From the IMG/VR virus record IMGVR_UViG_3300031555_000648, positions 20,458-84,457 of that record: a DNA stretch of 64,000 nucleotides; one strand, written 5' to 3'. The translations under genes and the position numbers were made by a program. Shown here piece by piece: positions 39,963-50,421 of this stretch (the stretch's first letter is position 1; the number at the start of each line of letters is the position of its first letter). The DNA comes from a virus (Duplodnaviria > Caudoviricetes). The notes below the pieces were generated by a model. That model had not been told where the DNA came from and searched no databases. It was given only the letters and a program-made list of their open reading frames with translations.

Positions 39963-41387
39963 TTATTGTGCTTCAATAGAATGTGCTAACTTGATGATAA
40001 CAAATTCAGCAGGTTTAACAGGAGCATATCCTACTTCGATATTCAACTGACCCTCTGCAATAGTGTCATCAGTGTTGTTAGAACTATCCACAGTTACATA
40101 GTACGCTTCATCAGCAGTACCTTTTAATGCCCCAGAGGTTCTTAAAGTCTCAAGGAACGCTTTGCAGGACGCTTGAACTTTAGACCAAAGTGCTTTGTCG
40201 TTAGGCTCAAACACTGCGAACTGTGTTCCATTGTACAGAGACTTCTTAATGTTGAGATTAAGCAAACCATCTGTTACATATCTCATGGTGCTGTCTTTAG
40301 CGTTAAGACTTCTTGCACCCCAAAGTACAATACCTGCATTTGGTCTGGAAGTCACACAGATAACACCTACAGGGTTAAGAGTGGAAATCTGGGTAGGAGT
40401 CAACTGATACTCCATTTCTACAAAACCTCTTACTACTGCGTCAACACCTGCTGGTGCTTTATGAATACCTCTGCTCTCAATGATACGAGCGTAAACACCC
40501 ATAACATGACCTGCTGTTGGTACAGCTTTAAGAGAGTTGGTGAGAGGGTCATTCATCTTACCCCAAGGGTGACAAAGAGCACCTGTAAAGGCACTGATAC
40601 TCTTTCTGTATGCCTTTGTAGCTTCTGCTGTAGAACCCATAGGCATATCTAAGATAGGGAAAAGACCATTGTTGTCACAGTAAGCTAAAACAGCGTCATT
40701 TACCACCTTAGAGGTCTGTCCGGGAATTGCTACAAAAGTAACGTCATCAAGGACACTAATCATTTCCAAAGCGTCTGCGTAGTCACTGTCTGTAAGAGCA
40801 GAACCATCAGAACCCTCTGCAAGAGTAATAGTCTCTTCTTTAAGTTCAGTAGTTGCTTCATCTACAGAGATAACACTAATCCACTGCTTCACTTTGCTGT
40901 TAGTGAGAATATCACCAATAGTCTCAAGGGTAACATCAGTGATTGTTACACTGTCACTTGTGCCAACTGCTACAATAACATCAAACACTTTGTTGTCATC
41001 TGCAAAATCAGCACCTTTCTTGAGAGTAACAGTAATTTCATTACCCCACGCACCCTCTGTGGAAGCTGTCACAGTGATACCATTTGTGCTAGTCTTTGTA
41101 GCTTTAACTGCGTCTTTCTTAACACTGCCAATGTAAAGTTCTTTACCACCATTAGTGAAGAAGCCATGAACTGCATAAGGCAGGTAGCTGTTCTCTAAAA
41201 ATGGTGTATCTAAGCCATTAGCATACTTAGAAATAAATTCTGTCCAAGAACCAATCTTCTGTGCAACACCTGTGACACCACTTCTGGTAACACCAATCAT
41301 GATACCTACAGAAGAACTTGCTTGGGTAATGGACTGTGAACCACTAACTACATCTTGTACATAAACACCCGGTGCATTGTAATTCAT
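39963..41387 (-). CDS. tail sheath protein
   Basis: PGVYVQ, GIHKAPAG, VLWGARSL, VFEPND..LW, APVKPAEFV. Confidence 0.92.
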   Translation of the reverse strand: MNYNAPGVYVQDVVSGSQSITQASSSVGIMIGVTRSGVTGVAQKIGSWTEFISKYANGLDTPFLENSYLPYAVHGFFTNGGKELYIGSVKKDAVKATKTSTNGITVTASTEGAWGNEITVTLKKGADFADDNKVFDVIVAVGTSDSVTITDVTLETIGDILTNSKVKQWISVISVDEATTELKEETITLAEGSDGSALTDSDYADALEMISVLDDVTFVAIPGQTSKVVNDAVLAYCDNNGLFPILDMPMGSTAEATKAYRKSISAFTGALCHPWGKMNDPLTNSLKAVPTAGHVMGVYARIIESRGIHKAPAGVDAVVRGFVEMEYQLTPTQISTLNPVGVICVTSRPNAGIVLWGARSLNAKDSTMRYVTDGLLNLNIKKSLYNGTQFAVFEPNDKALWSKVQASCKAFLETLRTSGALKGTADEAYYVTVDSSNNTDDTIAEGQLNIEVGYAPVKPAEFVIIKLAHSIEAQ

Positions 41388-41390
41388 CTT

Positions 41391-41624
41391 TTATTCCTCC
41401 TTTTCTTTACTGTCTTTCTTAACAGCGTCTTTTTTCTTGGTCTCTGGATTAGAAACCTGTTGAATTAAAATCAAACCCTTAGTCACTAAATTCTTAATGT
41501 GAGGTGTGATTTCGTTATCCTTAATGGTCGTAGATTTCTTGTTATCAAGTCTCAAGGTCTTACCCTTTACTGCAAGGTCACATACAATCTGACCACCAGA
41601 ATTGTTTGTCAATTTATACGACAT
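41391..41624 (-). CDS. hypothetical structural-region protein
   Basis: GGAGGT RBS, 77 aa. Confidence 0.6.
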   Translation of the reverse strand: MSYKLTNNSGGQIVCDLAVKGKTLRLDNKKSTTIKDNEITPHIKNLVTKGLILIQQVSNPETKKKDAVKKDSKEKEE

Positions 41625-41638
41625 AATCTTGTACCTCC

Positions 41639-42226
41639 TTATTGAGTCTCGCTTGTGTCAATACTTCTTTGAACAATCATAGGCTTATTATAACGTGTTT
41701 CGTCATCTAATTCTACCCATATCTGCAATTTTGTTAGAGAATGAAATAATCTTTCTCCATTCAGAACTAGGTCAGCTTTGGTAACACTACCTTTAACAAG
41801 ACAGTTACAGCTTCTCTCAACACCACCATCATCAATGACTGTTAAGTTAAATTGACGGAAGTGTTTAGTCAACCATGTTCGTGTCATGGAGTCCATATCT
41901 GACTGATACTTCGCCCAGAAATCAATCTGGTACTCAAGATTAAAAGGAACAGCAGGGTCTTCTAAAATGACTTGCTTGTTCTCTAAATCTTCTCCTACTT
42001 TCACAGGGGCAGGATTATATCGGATTGGGTCATGCCTATGAGTAATATTGTATATGCTAACACATGGGAAAGTCTCAAACTTAAAATCCTCTTCTGGTTT
42101 TCTGACTACAAGTGCTTTGTCTTCTAATGCAACTAAAACACCATTAGCATTTCTTACTCTAATAGTGTCTTTAATCTCTTTCAGAAGTCCTGTATTCACT
42201 TCTTCAAACCATACATTTGCTGACAT
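41639..42226 (-). CDS. tail terminator/completion protein
   Basis: Position before the sheath; FPCVSI...LEYQIDFW. Confidence 0.6.
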   Translation of the reverse strand: MSANVWFEEVNTGLLKEIKDTIRVRNANGVLVALEDKALVVRKPEEDFKFETFPCVSIYNITHRHDPIRYNPAPVKVGEDLENKQVILEDPAVPFNLEYQIDFWAKYQSDMDSMTRTWLTKHFRQFNLTVIDDGGVERSCNCLVKGSVTKADLVLNGERLFHSLTKLQIWVELDDETRYNKPMIVQRSIDTSETQ

Positions 42227-42230
42227 TATA

Positions 42231-42710
42231 TCACTCCTTAATCAGTTCTTTCATCAAGTCTTTCCAATTATTCTTTAGAATATCTTCGACTTCTTCAATA
42301 GTGGGTTGCACAAGTGGTCTTGGTGGTATCTTATCTGTACCATACTCAAGCCAAATCATGAGTTCAGACATTTTCATTCCTCCCTCATGTCTCTTCCATG
42401 GTGAAGCACCTATAAACAAGGTGCTACCTTTAGCTGTGGACTTAATTCTTCTCACTGTGAGACCATTCTTCAATGCTCCTGTCTCAACATAGATGGTGTC
42501 ATCACCACCTTTGAGTTCAATCGTTCTCTCTGCTAAAGGTGTCCAATTCAAGTCTTGGCTGTCAATATGACTTCTCATCTTTTCAAGTACAAACTGACCA
42601 TCTTCCCACAACTGTGCTTCAAACGCAGGTTTCAGTCTTACAGCAAGGCTTCTTAGATATACACCTGCTCTATTCCAATCACCTGTTAGCTTTAATGACA
42701 TATCACTCAT
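42231..42710 (-). CDS. virion morphogenesis protein (HK97 gp10-like)
   Basis: WTPLAERT...ETGAL...LEYGTDKIPPRP. Confidence 0.7.
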   Translation of the reverse strand: MSDMSLKLTGDWNRAGVYLRSLAVRLKPAFEAQLWEDGQFVLEKMRSHIDSQDLNWTPLAERTIELKGGDDTIYVETGALKNGLTVRRIKSTAKGSTLFIGASPWKRHEGGMKMSELMIWLEYGTDKIPPRPLVQPTIEEVEDILKNNWKDLMKELIKE

Positions 42711-43197
42711 TTACTTCACCACCATTTTCTTCTGGTGTCTCTTCTGGCTCTTCAACTAAAACTTCTGTGACGTGCTTATCCTCTGTGCAAACAAAATGAT
42801 ACATCAAGAACACATCTGCAATATAGGCTTTAGGGAGTATGTTTTCTACAGTGTAATAAACACCATGGAACTCAATAACTCCCTTTCGCATTATATCTAA
42901 GTCTGCATTAGTCACTCCCAACTCATTCTCTTGTAATGACTTCAAAGGAACTACAAACACAGCTTTATCTTTTATGCCCTCAACATCTTGCTCACCCTGT
43001 GTAGGTGTAAGTCTTGCTTGTGCCACCAATAACTTAGGTTGCTTATACAATTTGAACTTTTGCTCACCATACACATTAGTCTTGGTCTTGTCACTCAACA
43101 GATATAAGTTTATGCCATCTGTAACACCATCATTAAACAGTGTTGTGAATATCTCATTAACACCATCTACAAAGTCTTTCTGAATACTTAAATCCAT
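42703..43197 (-). CDS. head-tail joining/closure protein
   Basis: Position and size; function inferred. Confidence 0.5.
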   Translation of the reverse strand: MDLSIQKDFVDGVNEIFTTLFNDGVTDGINLYLLSDKTKTNVYGEQKFKLYKQPKLLVAQARLTPTQGEQDVEGIKDKAVFVVPLKSLQENELGVTNADLDIMRKGVIEFHGVYYTVENILPKAYIADVFLMYHFVCTEDKHVTEVLVEEPEETPEENGGEVNE

Positions 43198-43213
43198 ACT
43201 AACACCTCATTTC

Positions 43214-44026
43214 TTACAAAGTGCTTTCAGACACTTCCTCTTCGTCTGGTAACAACTCTAAGGTTGTGAAAGACATTTCGGAATATCCAAAGACTTGGTT
43301 ACGCTCAATAGAAATAACTGCAATATAATACACTTTCGCAGACTCTAAGTTCTTCACCTCATGGAACACATTTCTGATGTTAGATGTGCTTACAAGCAAC
43401 TTCGCTTCCTCACTAATCTTCTTATCATAGGTTGCTCCCTCTTGGTACATATCGACAATAGGTTCAGTACTAATGTACACCTTAAAACGACCAAAATGAC
43501 TTGTGTTAGTCACTCCCCAATGGAATTTAACACTGTCACTTGTTACTTCGTCTATCTTTAATGATACCTTTGGTGTCACCTGCTTCTCAAAATTTCTTTG
43601 AGTATAGTGTCTGTTACTTAAAAGCACATCATAACTACTGACTTCACCTTGACCCTCGTTTTCAAGCCAATTCTCATATTCGGCTCTGGCTTCTTCAACA
43701 AGTTTCATATAGTGTGAGAACCTCTGGCTCTGCTTTAAGTAGTTGTTATTATCAGCACCCATATCTACTTTGTCAGCTTTGATTACTGCAAGTTTCAAAT
43801 ACAGTTCAATCTTAGCCAACAAAGTGATTGGATATTCTGAACCACTTGGTAATTCAGTTAAGTCTGTTACTTTCGGATAGGCTCTGGAAACACCTAACTT
43901 AATAAAGAGTTTAATGTCATCATCTGTCATAGTTAAATAAGCAGGGTCAATGACCTCTGTTTCTTCACTCTGTACATTAACACTACTTCTTAAAATTTTA
44001 ACCAATTCTTCAACAGTCAACAACAT
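43214..44026 (-). CDS. head-tail adaptor with C-terminal FN3-like domain
   Basis: Helical N-terminus; beta-rich C-terminus (SVKFHW...YYIAVISI). Confidence 0.55.
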   Translation of the reverse strand: MLLTVEELVKILRSSVNVQSEETEVIDPAYLTMTDDDIKLFIKLGVSRAYPKVTDLTELPSGSEYPITLLAKIELYLKLAVIKADKVDMGADNNNYLKQSQRFSHYMKLVEEARAEYENWLENEGQGEVSSYDVLLSNRHYTQRNFEKQVTPKVSLKIDEVTSDSVKFHWGVTNTSHFGRFKVYISTEPIVDMYQEGATYDKKISEEAKLLVSTSNIRNVFHEVKNLESAKVYYIAVISIERNQVFGYSEMSFTTLELLPDEEEVSESTL

Positions 44027-44037
44027 AATATACCTCC

Positions 44038-44442
44038 TTAGTTAAGAGGTGCTAAAAGACCTGCCTTATTCAAAATGTTCTTTACATTGCGAGGAACTTC
44101 ATAAGTCTTACCTGCTTTGAGGTCATAACGCTCCATAGCAATGCAACACTTGTGGTCAACTCTCATGCGGATTTTCACCTTTCCGTTAGGCTTCTTAGCT
44201 TCTGTCTTAGCTTCAACTACGACATCATCTTCCTTAACTTCTGGCTCTTCATCTGCAACTTCAACCTCTGGTGTCTGAACAGTTTCAGCGTTTTCAACAC
44301 CTGCTTCTGTCTCTGTCACTTCTTCTGTATTTTCTGTTACAACTTCTTCGGTCTTTGCTTCTGCAACTTCAACCTCTGGTGTAACCTGTACTTCTGCTTC
44401 TTTGTTTGACTTATTTAATTTTGCCATAATATTTTCCTCCAT
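44038..44442 (-). CDS. hypothetical protein, Glu-rich N-terminus
   Basis: GGAG RBS; downstream of the capsid gene. Confidence 0.6.
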   Translation of the reverse strand: MEENIMAKLNKSNKEAEVQVTPEVEVAEAKTEEVVTENTEEVTETEAGVENAETVQTPEVEVADEEPEVKEDDVVVEAKTEAKKPNGKVKIRMRVDHKCCIAMERYDLKAGKTYEVPRNVKNILNKAGLLAPLN

Positions 44443-44455
44443 TATTAAAATAATT

Positions 44456-44486
44456 AAGGGAGGGAGTGACTTATTCTCCCTCCCTT
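44456..44486 (-). terminator. terminator after the major capsid gene
   Basis: 11-bp stem AAGGGAGGGAG/CTCCCTCCCTT. Confidence 0.7.
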
Positions 44487-44512
44487 TTGTGGGTTATAAC
44501 TTCTTAAAAGAC

Positions 44513-45535
44513 TTAAGCAGTCTCAATAACTACACCGTAGTCATTGTGAAGCAATCCTGTACCCCAGATTGCATACCATGCAAGGCTTCTCTTACGTCTA
44601 AAGTCTTCAACACCATTGTCACGAATTTCAACAGGTAAAGACCATGCGATACCATAGTACTGGTCACCGAAGATAACTGCTTGGTAAATATCAACTGCGT
44701 TCTGTGCGTCTTCACCTGCACCCTTAACGAGTTCAGCTTTGTACGCAGGGTCAGCAACACCTGCTTTACCATTGCACATAAGAGTAGTCTCAATGAAACG
44801 AGTGTCATCAATACGTCCGATTTCACCTGTGAACAACTGCTCTGGTGCACCATAGTTGGAAGCATTAATCCATGCACTGTCATCACGCAAGTCTCTGCTC
44901 TGATGAGGGTGAACGAAACAAATCCAGAACTGATTAGCATACTTAGGAGCGTTGTTAGTTGCAAGAACTTCGATAGCGTCCTTGATAGTTGCTACCTTTA
45001 ACTTGTCATCTGCTGTAATAGCGTCACGACTTGTCTTACCACCACCATACACAATGTTAGTACCAGACAAAGCAACGTCTCTCAATTCACAGTCCATAAC
45101 TAACGCATAGTCACGACCTAAGAGAGTAGTTGTGGTTGCCATAACATCATCAAAGGAACTCTGAATGAGTAATTCAGAATTAGTAACTGCGTTACCATGT
45201 TCCTGTACAGTGATTTGCTTCATAGAACCACTTAATGCCTGTGTGCTCATGTTCTTCATTTCTTCAAGAGCACCACCAAGTTTAAGGTTATCGTATGTGA
45301 GCATACTGATTGTCAGACCCGGCTCAACACCTAATTCTGTCTTCTGTGTTGCGAACTGACTAAAACGCATAATAGGCAGTGCCTTAAATTCAATTTCTCT
45401 GGAATATACTAAACGTGTTCCATCACTGAATAAAGTACCACCATTGTTTGCACCCTGTTGGGTTGCTACTGTTGTGTCTGCGAAAGCCTTTACTGCAATA
45501 GCAGACAGCAAGTTCATTACTTGTGACTTCTTCAT
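44513..45535 (-). CDS. major capsid protein (N4-gp56-like)
   Basis: YICFVHP-like WICFVHPHQSRDL, GEIGRIDDTRFIET, DFRRKRSLAWY; follows the scaffold gene. Confidence 0.85.
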   Translation of the reverse strand: MKKSQVMNLLSAIAVKAFADTTVATQQGANNGGTLFSDGTRLVYSREIEFKALPIMRFSQFATQKTELGVEPGLTISMLTYDNLKLGGALEEMKNMSTQALSGSMKQITVQEHGNAVTNSELLIQSSFDDVMATTTTLLGRDYALVMDCELRDVALSGTNIVYGGGKTSRDAITADDKLKVATIKDAIEVLATNNAPKYANQFWICFVHPHQSRDLRDDSAWINASNYGAPEQLFTGEIGRIDDTRFIETTLMCNGKAGVADPAYKAELVKGAGEDAQNAVDIYQAVIFGDQYYGIAWSLPVEIRDNGVEDFRRKRSLAWYAIWGTGLLHNDYGVVIETA

Positions 45536-45571
45536 CACTGTTACCTCCTTAATTGATTTATTAAGACTCAA

Positions 45572-46378
45572 TTATTTGAGTCCTAACTGCTTTCTTACTT
45601 GAGCATATTCTGGACTAGCAACGTCCAAGGAAGCTAAGTATTCAAGGCTGATTTCTTTATCCTGTACACCACTTACACTTGGGTTAGCAGGTGTCTTAGG
45701 TGTTCTCTTCTGTGGCTGTTGCTTCTGGTCTTTAATACCGAGAGACTCCTTAATCTTAGCACTTCTGTCAAGTGCTGTCTGAATAGAAGCGTCAATCTCT
45801 TCTTTAGTACTACCAAAAACTAACTCTGGAACTAAAATGTCATCTTTCAGTTCTGCCATCTTTTCAGCTTTGTAGGTCTTCACCTCATACTCTGCTTCAA
45901 GTTCTGCTCTGACTTCTGCTTCGACTTCCTCTCTGCTGACAGGCTTCTTGGACTCATACTCCTTAACTTTCTTATCAAGGTCTTCCTTGTCTTTCTCAAG
46001 GGTCTTGATAGTACCTTTCAGTGTCTTCACTTCTTCGGAGTCTCCACTACCTGCTGTAGAAAGTCTGTCGTTAGCTTCTTTCAACTGCTTCTCAAGGTCA
46101 GCAATCTTCAAAAGGTCATTGTTGTGCTGTTCAGTCATGGTGTTTACCTGCCCTTTCAGCTTCTCAATGGTCTTGTACTGCTTTTCCTTTTCCTCTTTTC
46201 TTGCTTTTGCGATAAGGTCTTCATAATTGATAGTAGGTGCTTTTGGCTCACTACCACCATCACCACCATTATCATCTGGGTTGCCCTCGTCTGCAAATGC
46301 TCTCAAAGAGACTGCTTCAATAATCTTCTTGATAGCTTCGTTACTCATTCCTGCAATAATACCACGATTTTTTCTCAT
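45572..46378 (-). CDS. capsid scaffolding protein
   Basis: FADEG start motif, long coiled coil, between portal and MCP. Confidence 0.7.
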   Translation of the reverse strand: MRKNRGIIAGMSNEAIKKIIEAVSLRAFADEGNPDDNGGDGGSEPKAPTINYEDLIAKARKEEKEKQYKTIEKLKGQVNTMTEQHNNDLLKIADLEKQLKEANDRLSTAGSGDSEEVKTLKGTIKTLEKDKEDLDKKVKEYESKKPVSREEVEAEVRAELEAEYEVKTYKAEKMAELKDDILVPELVFGSTKEEIDASIQTALDRSAKIKESLGIKDQKQQPQKRTPKTPANPSVSGVQDKEISLEYLASLDVASPEYAQVRKQLGLK

Positions 46379-46478
46379 CACATTTACCTCCATACTATTG
46401 AATTTGACTTTATATTACCACATAGAAATCCTAAAGTCTAGTGGTCTTTAGAAAATTTCTATGTGGTTAATATCATAA

Positions 46479-48119
46479 TTATGCTTCTGCACCACCATTT
46501 TGACCTGTCATTTCTTTTCTAATGGTCTCTTGTGGTGTCTGACCATTCAACATACCACCTGCATTAGTAGATGACATTTGTTGGTTCTGATACCATGTCT
46601 GCTGTAACATAGGATTAAATAACTCTGGGTGTTTAGTCCTCTCAACATCAATCTCTGCTAACTTCTTGCTAACATTGTCTTTATTAAGTCTTTCCATAGC
46701 ACCATGTCTGCACTCAAGTCCGAGAGTCATTTCTTGCTGTATCTTCTGCAATTCAATGAGTTCGTCCTTAGGAAGTGTATCTGGCAACTCAACCTCATTT
46801 GATAAGAAGTCTTTCATAGAGATTTCTTCTGGTTTCACAATAAGTCCATGACTCATACCTATGTATAATATCATCTTATTCACCTTTTGTAAACCACTTG
46901 CTGTACAGCTACGCTTAATTCTGGTTCTCTCAATGAGTGGCAGGTTCATGTACTGCAATGCAACACCACTTGTATTACTGATTGCACTAGCACCACCTAA
47001 AACTGTCTCTGGAATACCTGCAATCTCACACATTGAGGTCTTCACATCTGCAATGTAACTGCTACTTGCCATTAAGTCACCTTGAAGACCAAGGTTCTCT
47101 ACTTTAGCGTCTTTAGGAAGACCACCCCAAACTTTGTTAGCACCTTTCTCAAGGTTTCCAATCTTAGCACCAAACACTAAAGTGATTGGAGCACTGTGGT
47201 AGTCAATGACCTCTGACACATCACTCTTCTTAGTGTTTAACTCAACATTCAGCGGAATAATATCGTCAAGGTCTCCAACACCTCTTGTACGTCCTGCGAT
47301 TGGAAAATTCTTAATCTGCACGAAAGGAATGAAGCCATAAGGGTTCTCCATTCTATCTACTTCTTTACCACCCTCATAAACGACAATTTCTGTAGCTGTC
47401 CAAAATTCTTTGTACACTACAGTAGTCTCTACAGTTCTCTTAAACAGGAGTCCTGTGTCTTGCATTGTTCTAATAGGGTACATGATAAGCAAAGACTCTA
47501 ACCTGTCTTTATCATGGTTATTAAAGCGTGGGAAGACAAATTGTGTCGGCAATACAGAAAGTCTAATACGTCCATCTGGGTACTCTTCAAATGGGTCATT
47601 CAAGTCTTCTGCTTCTTCAAACTGAACTTTCACCCATGCTTCACCTGTGATAGATTTTGTCTGACCAAGTTCTGTAATAAGGATTTCTTTGTTATTGTCT
47701 TTCCATACTTGAGCCAAGAAGTCTGCTTGAGTTTTCTCTTTAATCTCAAACTCTTCTGTAATCTCTTCTCCGTCAATCTGACCATCACCATTTGTGTCAA
47801 GGTTGATTTCAACTTTAGGGTCATTCACTGTGACACCTACATTATCAAGTTCTGGTGGAGTCTTAATGGTGAACCCTTTACCAAACTCAAAGGACACAAA
47901 CTTGTTTACAAATGGTCTGCAATAGTTAAAAGTTACCTGTGGAGTATCAAGGTCATCAATACCCTCCCAATGGTAACCCTCATAAAAGTTCCATGCTTCT
48001 TTAATTCTCTTAAGGTGTAGCGTCTCTTCATTAGTGAGATTTCCCTCACTGATGAGTTGACCTATGTTAAGAGTATCTTCAAAGCTGTCACTATATCTAT
48101 GTCTGAAATTCTCTATCAT
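46479..48119 (-). CDS. portal protein (SPP1 gp6-like)
   Basis: NYCRPFVNK, PFVQIKN, SDLDD-like GDLDDIIPLN, SNTSGVAL; follows terL. Confidence 0.85.
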   Translation of the reverse strand: MIENFRHRYSDSFEDTLNIGQLISEGNLTNEETLHLKRIKEAWNFYEGYHWEGIDDLDTPQVTFNYCRPFVNKFVSFEFGKGFTIKTPPELDNVGVTVNDPKVEINLDTNGDGQIDGEEITEEFEIKEKTQADFLAQVWKDNNKEILITELGQTKSITGEAWVKVQFEEAEDLNDPFEEYPDGRIRLSVLPTQFVFPRFNNHDKDRLESLLIMYPIRTMQDTGLLFKRTVETTVVYKEFWTATEIVVYEGGKEVDRMENPYGFIPFVQIKNFPIAGRTRGVGDLDDIIPLNVELNTKKSDVSEVIDYHSAPITLVFGAKIGNLEKGANKVWGGLPKDAKVENLGLQGDLMASSSYIADVKTSMCEIAGIPETVLGGASAISNTSGVALQYMNLPLIERTRIKRSCTASGLQKVNKMILYIGMSHGLIVKPEEISMKDFLSNEVELPDTLPKDELIELQKIQQEMTLGLECRHGAMERLNKDNVSKKLAEIDVERTKHPELFNPMLQQTWYQNQQMSSTNAGGMLNGQTPQETIRKEMTGQNGGAEA

Positions 48120-48137
48120 TTCAATCTTTACCTCCTT

Positions 48138-49859
48138 TTATCGTCTTCTGGCTGTCATTCTGTTTCTACCACGAAAAACAGAACTTCCATTCTTATGAAC
48201 ACTCAACACTTTACTTCTACTCTGTGTTTCTGTGTTATCGACTTGACCAACATCTTTAGTTCCCCACACTGCTAATGCCCAACTGTCTGGGTAGTCATCA
48301 TGAGCACCTCTCTCATCTGGGTGGGAAACAACAAGGTTACTTCCACTGTAACTCTTTTGCAGGTCTGCTAACTGTTGAGTGAACTTCTTATATTCCTTAG
48401 TTTCAACTGTTTCTGGACTTCTAGGAAATCTTGCTCTACCTGTGTTGATTTCTGTTTGTAGGTGCTTATAAATCTCGGACTTACTCTTTGTGCTAAACGT
48501 GAATAACCACACTTCATAGTTCACATTAGCTTTAATTCGCTGTCCTAAACTTGACTCTTTCGTTGCGTCAATGACTAATCTGGAAAGCCTAAAATTCTTT
48601 AGGTAGTCCATTATGATATGATACTGCTCTTCATAGTCTTCGGCAATCTCTGGTGATATTTCACACCAATCTTTAATGTATGTGTTGTAAGCTAAATAGA
48701 CAATATCTTCACCTGTTTCTTCATCAATAGTTTTCTCCATTAAGACCGGATTATTCCAATCTACTTCAACGACTGTTACAATAGTACTATCTGCTTCATT
48801 TCTATTTTTGCTGTTTCCACCACCTACATCAATACCTGCAACATGGTTTGCTTTGTGGTCTTGCATTACTCTATCTAAGTATTCATCACCACATTCTTTT
48901 TCAAGTTTCTCAACATCTACAAACATACCTCTGGAAATAATCCACTCAAGGTTGTAAGACATTCTAAACTCGTCACTCGTCTCACCAAGGCTTCTCTTCT
49001 CTCTTTCCACATACTTCGCATATTTAGGGTTATACTTCATTACCACCTTATAGTTGTACTCGAAATGGTTTCTGATACGGATTTTTCCGTCTTCAAACTC
49101 TTTCTTATTACGATTGATTGCTTCGTAGAAGTCTCCCTTAAATGTGGTTGCTGTACCAATCTTACAAATTGTAGCATTGTAAGCCGCACCCATAGGGTGA
49201 ATGGACTTTCTTATCTTGTAGTTGCTTATGTCTTGGCACTCTTCACAGATAATAAACTTAAATGACTCACCCTCGATATTACTGCCATCACTAGCAGAAA
49301 TAGCTGTACAGAATGAACCATTACTCAACGCTACAGTCTGACCATTAGAGGTAGTGAACTCTAATCTAAAGTCTGGGTCTTGCAACACTGCCTGTGCTTC
49401 TTTACACATCATACGACCTCTCATACGATTGTATGTAGTCTGTGCTTGTCTTTGACTTGGTGCAAAAATACCTACCCAAAAGCCATCTTTAAACATCTGC
49501 AATCTTGGGTCATCTAGGAACATTGGCATATTTGCTAACTGTGGCAGGATAATCATAAGACCACCTACTGTGATAGCAACTGTCTCTGTCTTACCACTCT
49601 GTCTGCTAAACAGTGCAGTAATTTCAGCACCATCATTCTCTAACACACTTCGTATGATACGCTTAGAGAATTGACCTTGATATGGGTACATGACTCTACC
49701 AGAATACGCTTCACAAAAGTTGTAAATTCTATTCACTAATTCAGTTGTACTAATTCTTCCTGCGTATGCTTTTTCTACATATCTCTCTGTGAAAAAGTCC
49801 ATGATAATTGCTACGATAAGTCTTACATTAAATATTACACTTTGTAAAAGGTTCTTCAC
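48138..49859 (-). CDS. terL: terminase large subunit
   Basis: SRQSGKTE Walker A, ICEECQD Walker B, nuclease GIDVGG...HDDYPDS. Confidence 0.9.
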   Translation of the reverse strand: MKNLLQSVIFNVRLIVAIIMDFFTERYVEKAYAGRISTTELVNRIYNFCEAYSGRVMYPYQGQFSKRIIRSVLENDGAEITALFSRQSGKTETVAITVGGLMIILPQLANMPMFLDDPRLQMFKDGFWVGIFAPSQRQAQTTYNRMRGRMMCKEAQAVLQDPDFRLEFTTSNGQTVALSNGSFCTAISASDGSNIEGESFKFIICEECQDISNYKIRKSIHPMGAAYNATICKIGTATTFKGDFYEAINRNKKEFEDGKIRIRNHFEYNYKVVMKYNPKYAKYVEREKRSLGETSDEFRMSYNLEWIISRGMFVDVEKLEKECGDEYLDRVMQDHKANHVAGIDVGGGNSKNRNEADSTIVTVVEVDWNNPVLMEKTIDEETGEDIVYLAYNTYIKDWCEISPEIAEDYEEQYHIIMDYLKNFRLSRLVIDATKESSLGQRIKANVNYEVWLFTFSTKSKSEIYKHLQTEINTGRARFPRSPETVETKEYKKFTQQLADLQKSYSGSNLVVSHPDERGAHDDYPDSWALAVWGTKDVGQVDNTETQSRSKVLSVHKNGSSVFRGRNRMTARRR

Positions 49860-49950
49860 ACTTTCTCACCTCATTTCAAAATAAAAGGGTAAAGACTTGT
49901 CTCCAAATCTCTACCCTAGTATATAACATATTTGAAAAAAATGCTAGTCT

Positions 49951-50421
49951 TTATTTATTTGAGTGTTTTCGATTAGCATAACCTCTGGTAAACATAGGCT
50001 TGCTTGATGTAGGACTTCCATAAACTCTGTTTCGGTAGTCATTGATTATTGGGTTATTTTGCTTCCTGCATAAGTGGATAACTCTCTGGCACATTTTAAT
50101 ATCAAACATACCTATGTGGCAGTCATCAGTGTGTATTCTCAACATATCTGCTAACCACCGATATGCTTCTTTTCTGCTCATAAGACCACTCTTCCAAATG
50201 GGGTCAAACTGCTTATGTGCTTCCATCTTAAGAGTTCTCAATCTCTCATTAGCAAGTCTGCCTAAAGGAATTTCAGTTCCTTTGTGACACCCTACATAAG
50301 AGTTACATTTTGGGTAATTACTACACACCCACACTTTACCCCAATCTTTACTCTTATTGTTGTGGTAGATAAAACTTGCGTCTTTTAAATGCACTTCTGC
50401 TCCGCAATATGGACACTTCAT
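49951..50421 (-). CDS. DUF3268-type zinc-finger protein with C-terminal MFTRGY
   Basis: CPYCG...C..YPKCNSYVGCH...PLGRLA...AH..FDPIW. Confidence 0.75.
   Translation of the reverse strand: MKCPYCGAEVHLKDASFIYHNNKSKDWGKVWVCSNYPKCNSYVGCHKGTEIPLGRLANERLRTLKMEAHKQFDPIWKSGLMSRKEAYRWLADMLRIHTDDCHIGMFDIKMCQRVIHLCRKQNNPIINDYRNRVYGSPTSSKPMFTRGYANRKHSNK

Noticed and set aside
49860-50421. DUF3268 gene as the terminase small subunit because it precedes terL
   Set aside because: The sequence fits a zinc-finger DUF3268 family and a terminator/promoter gap separates it from terL; no small subunit could be identified.
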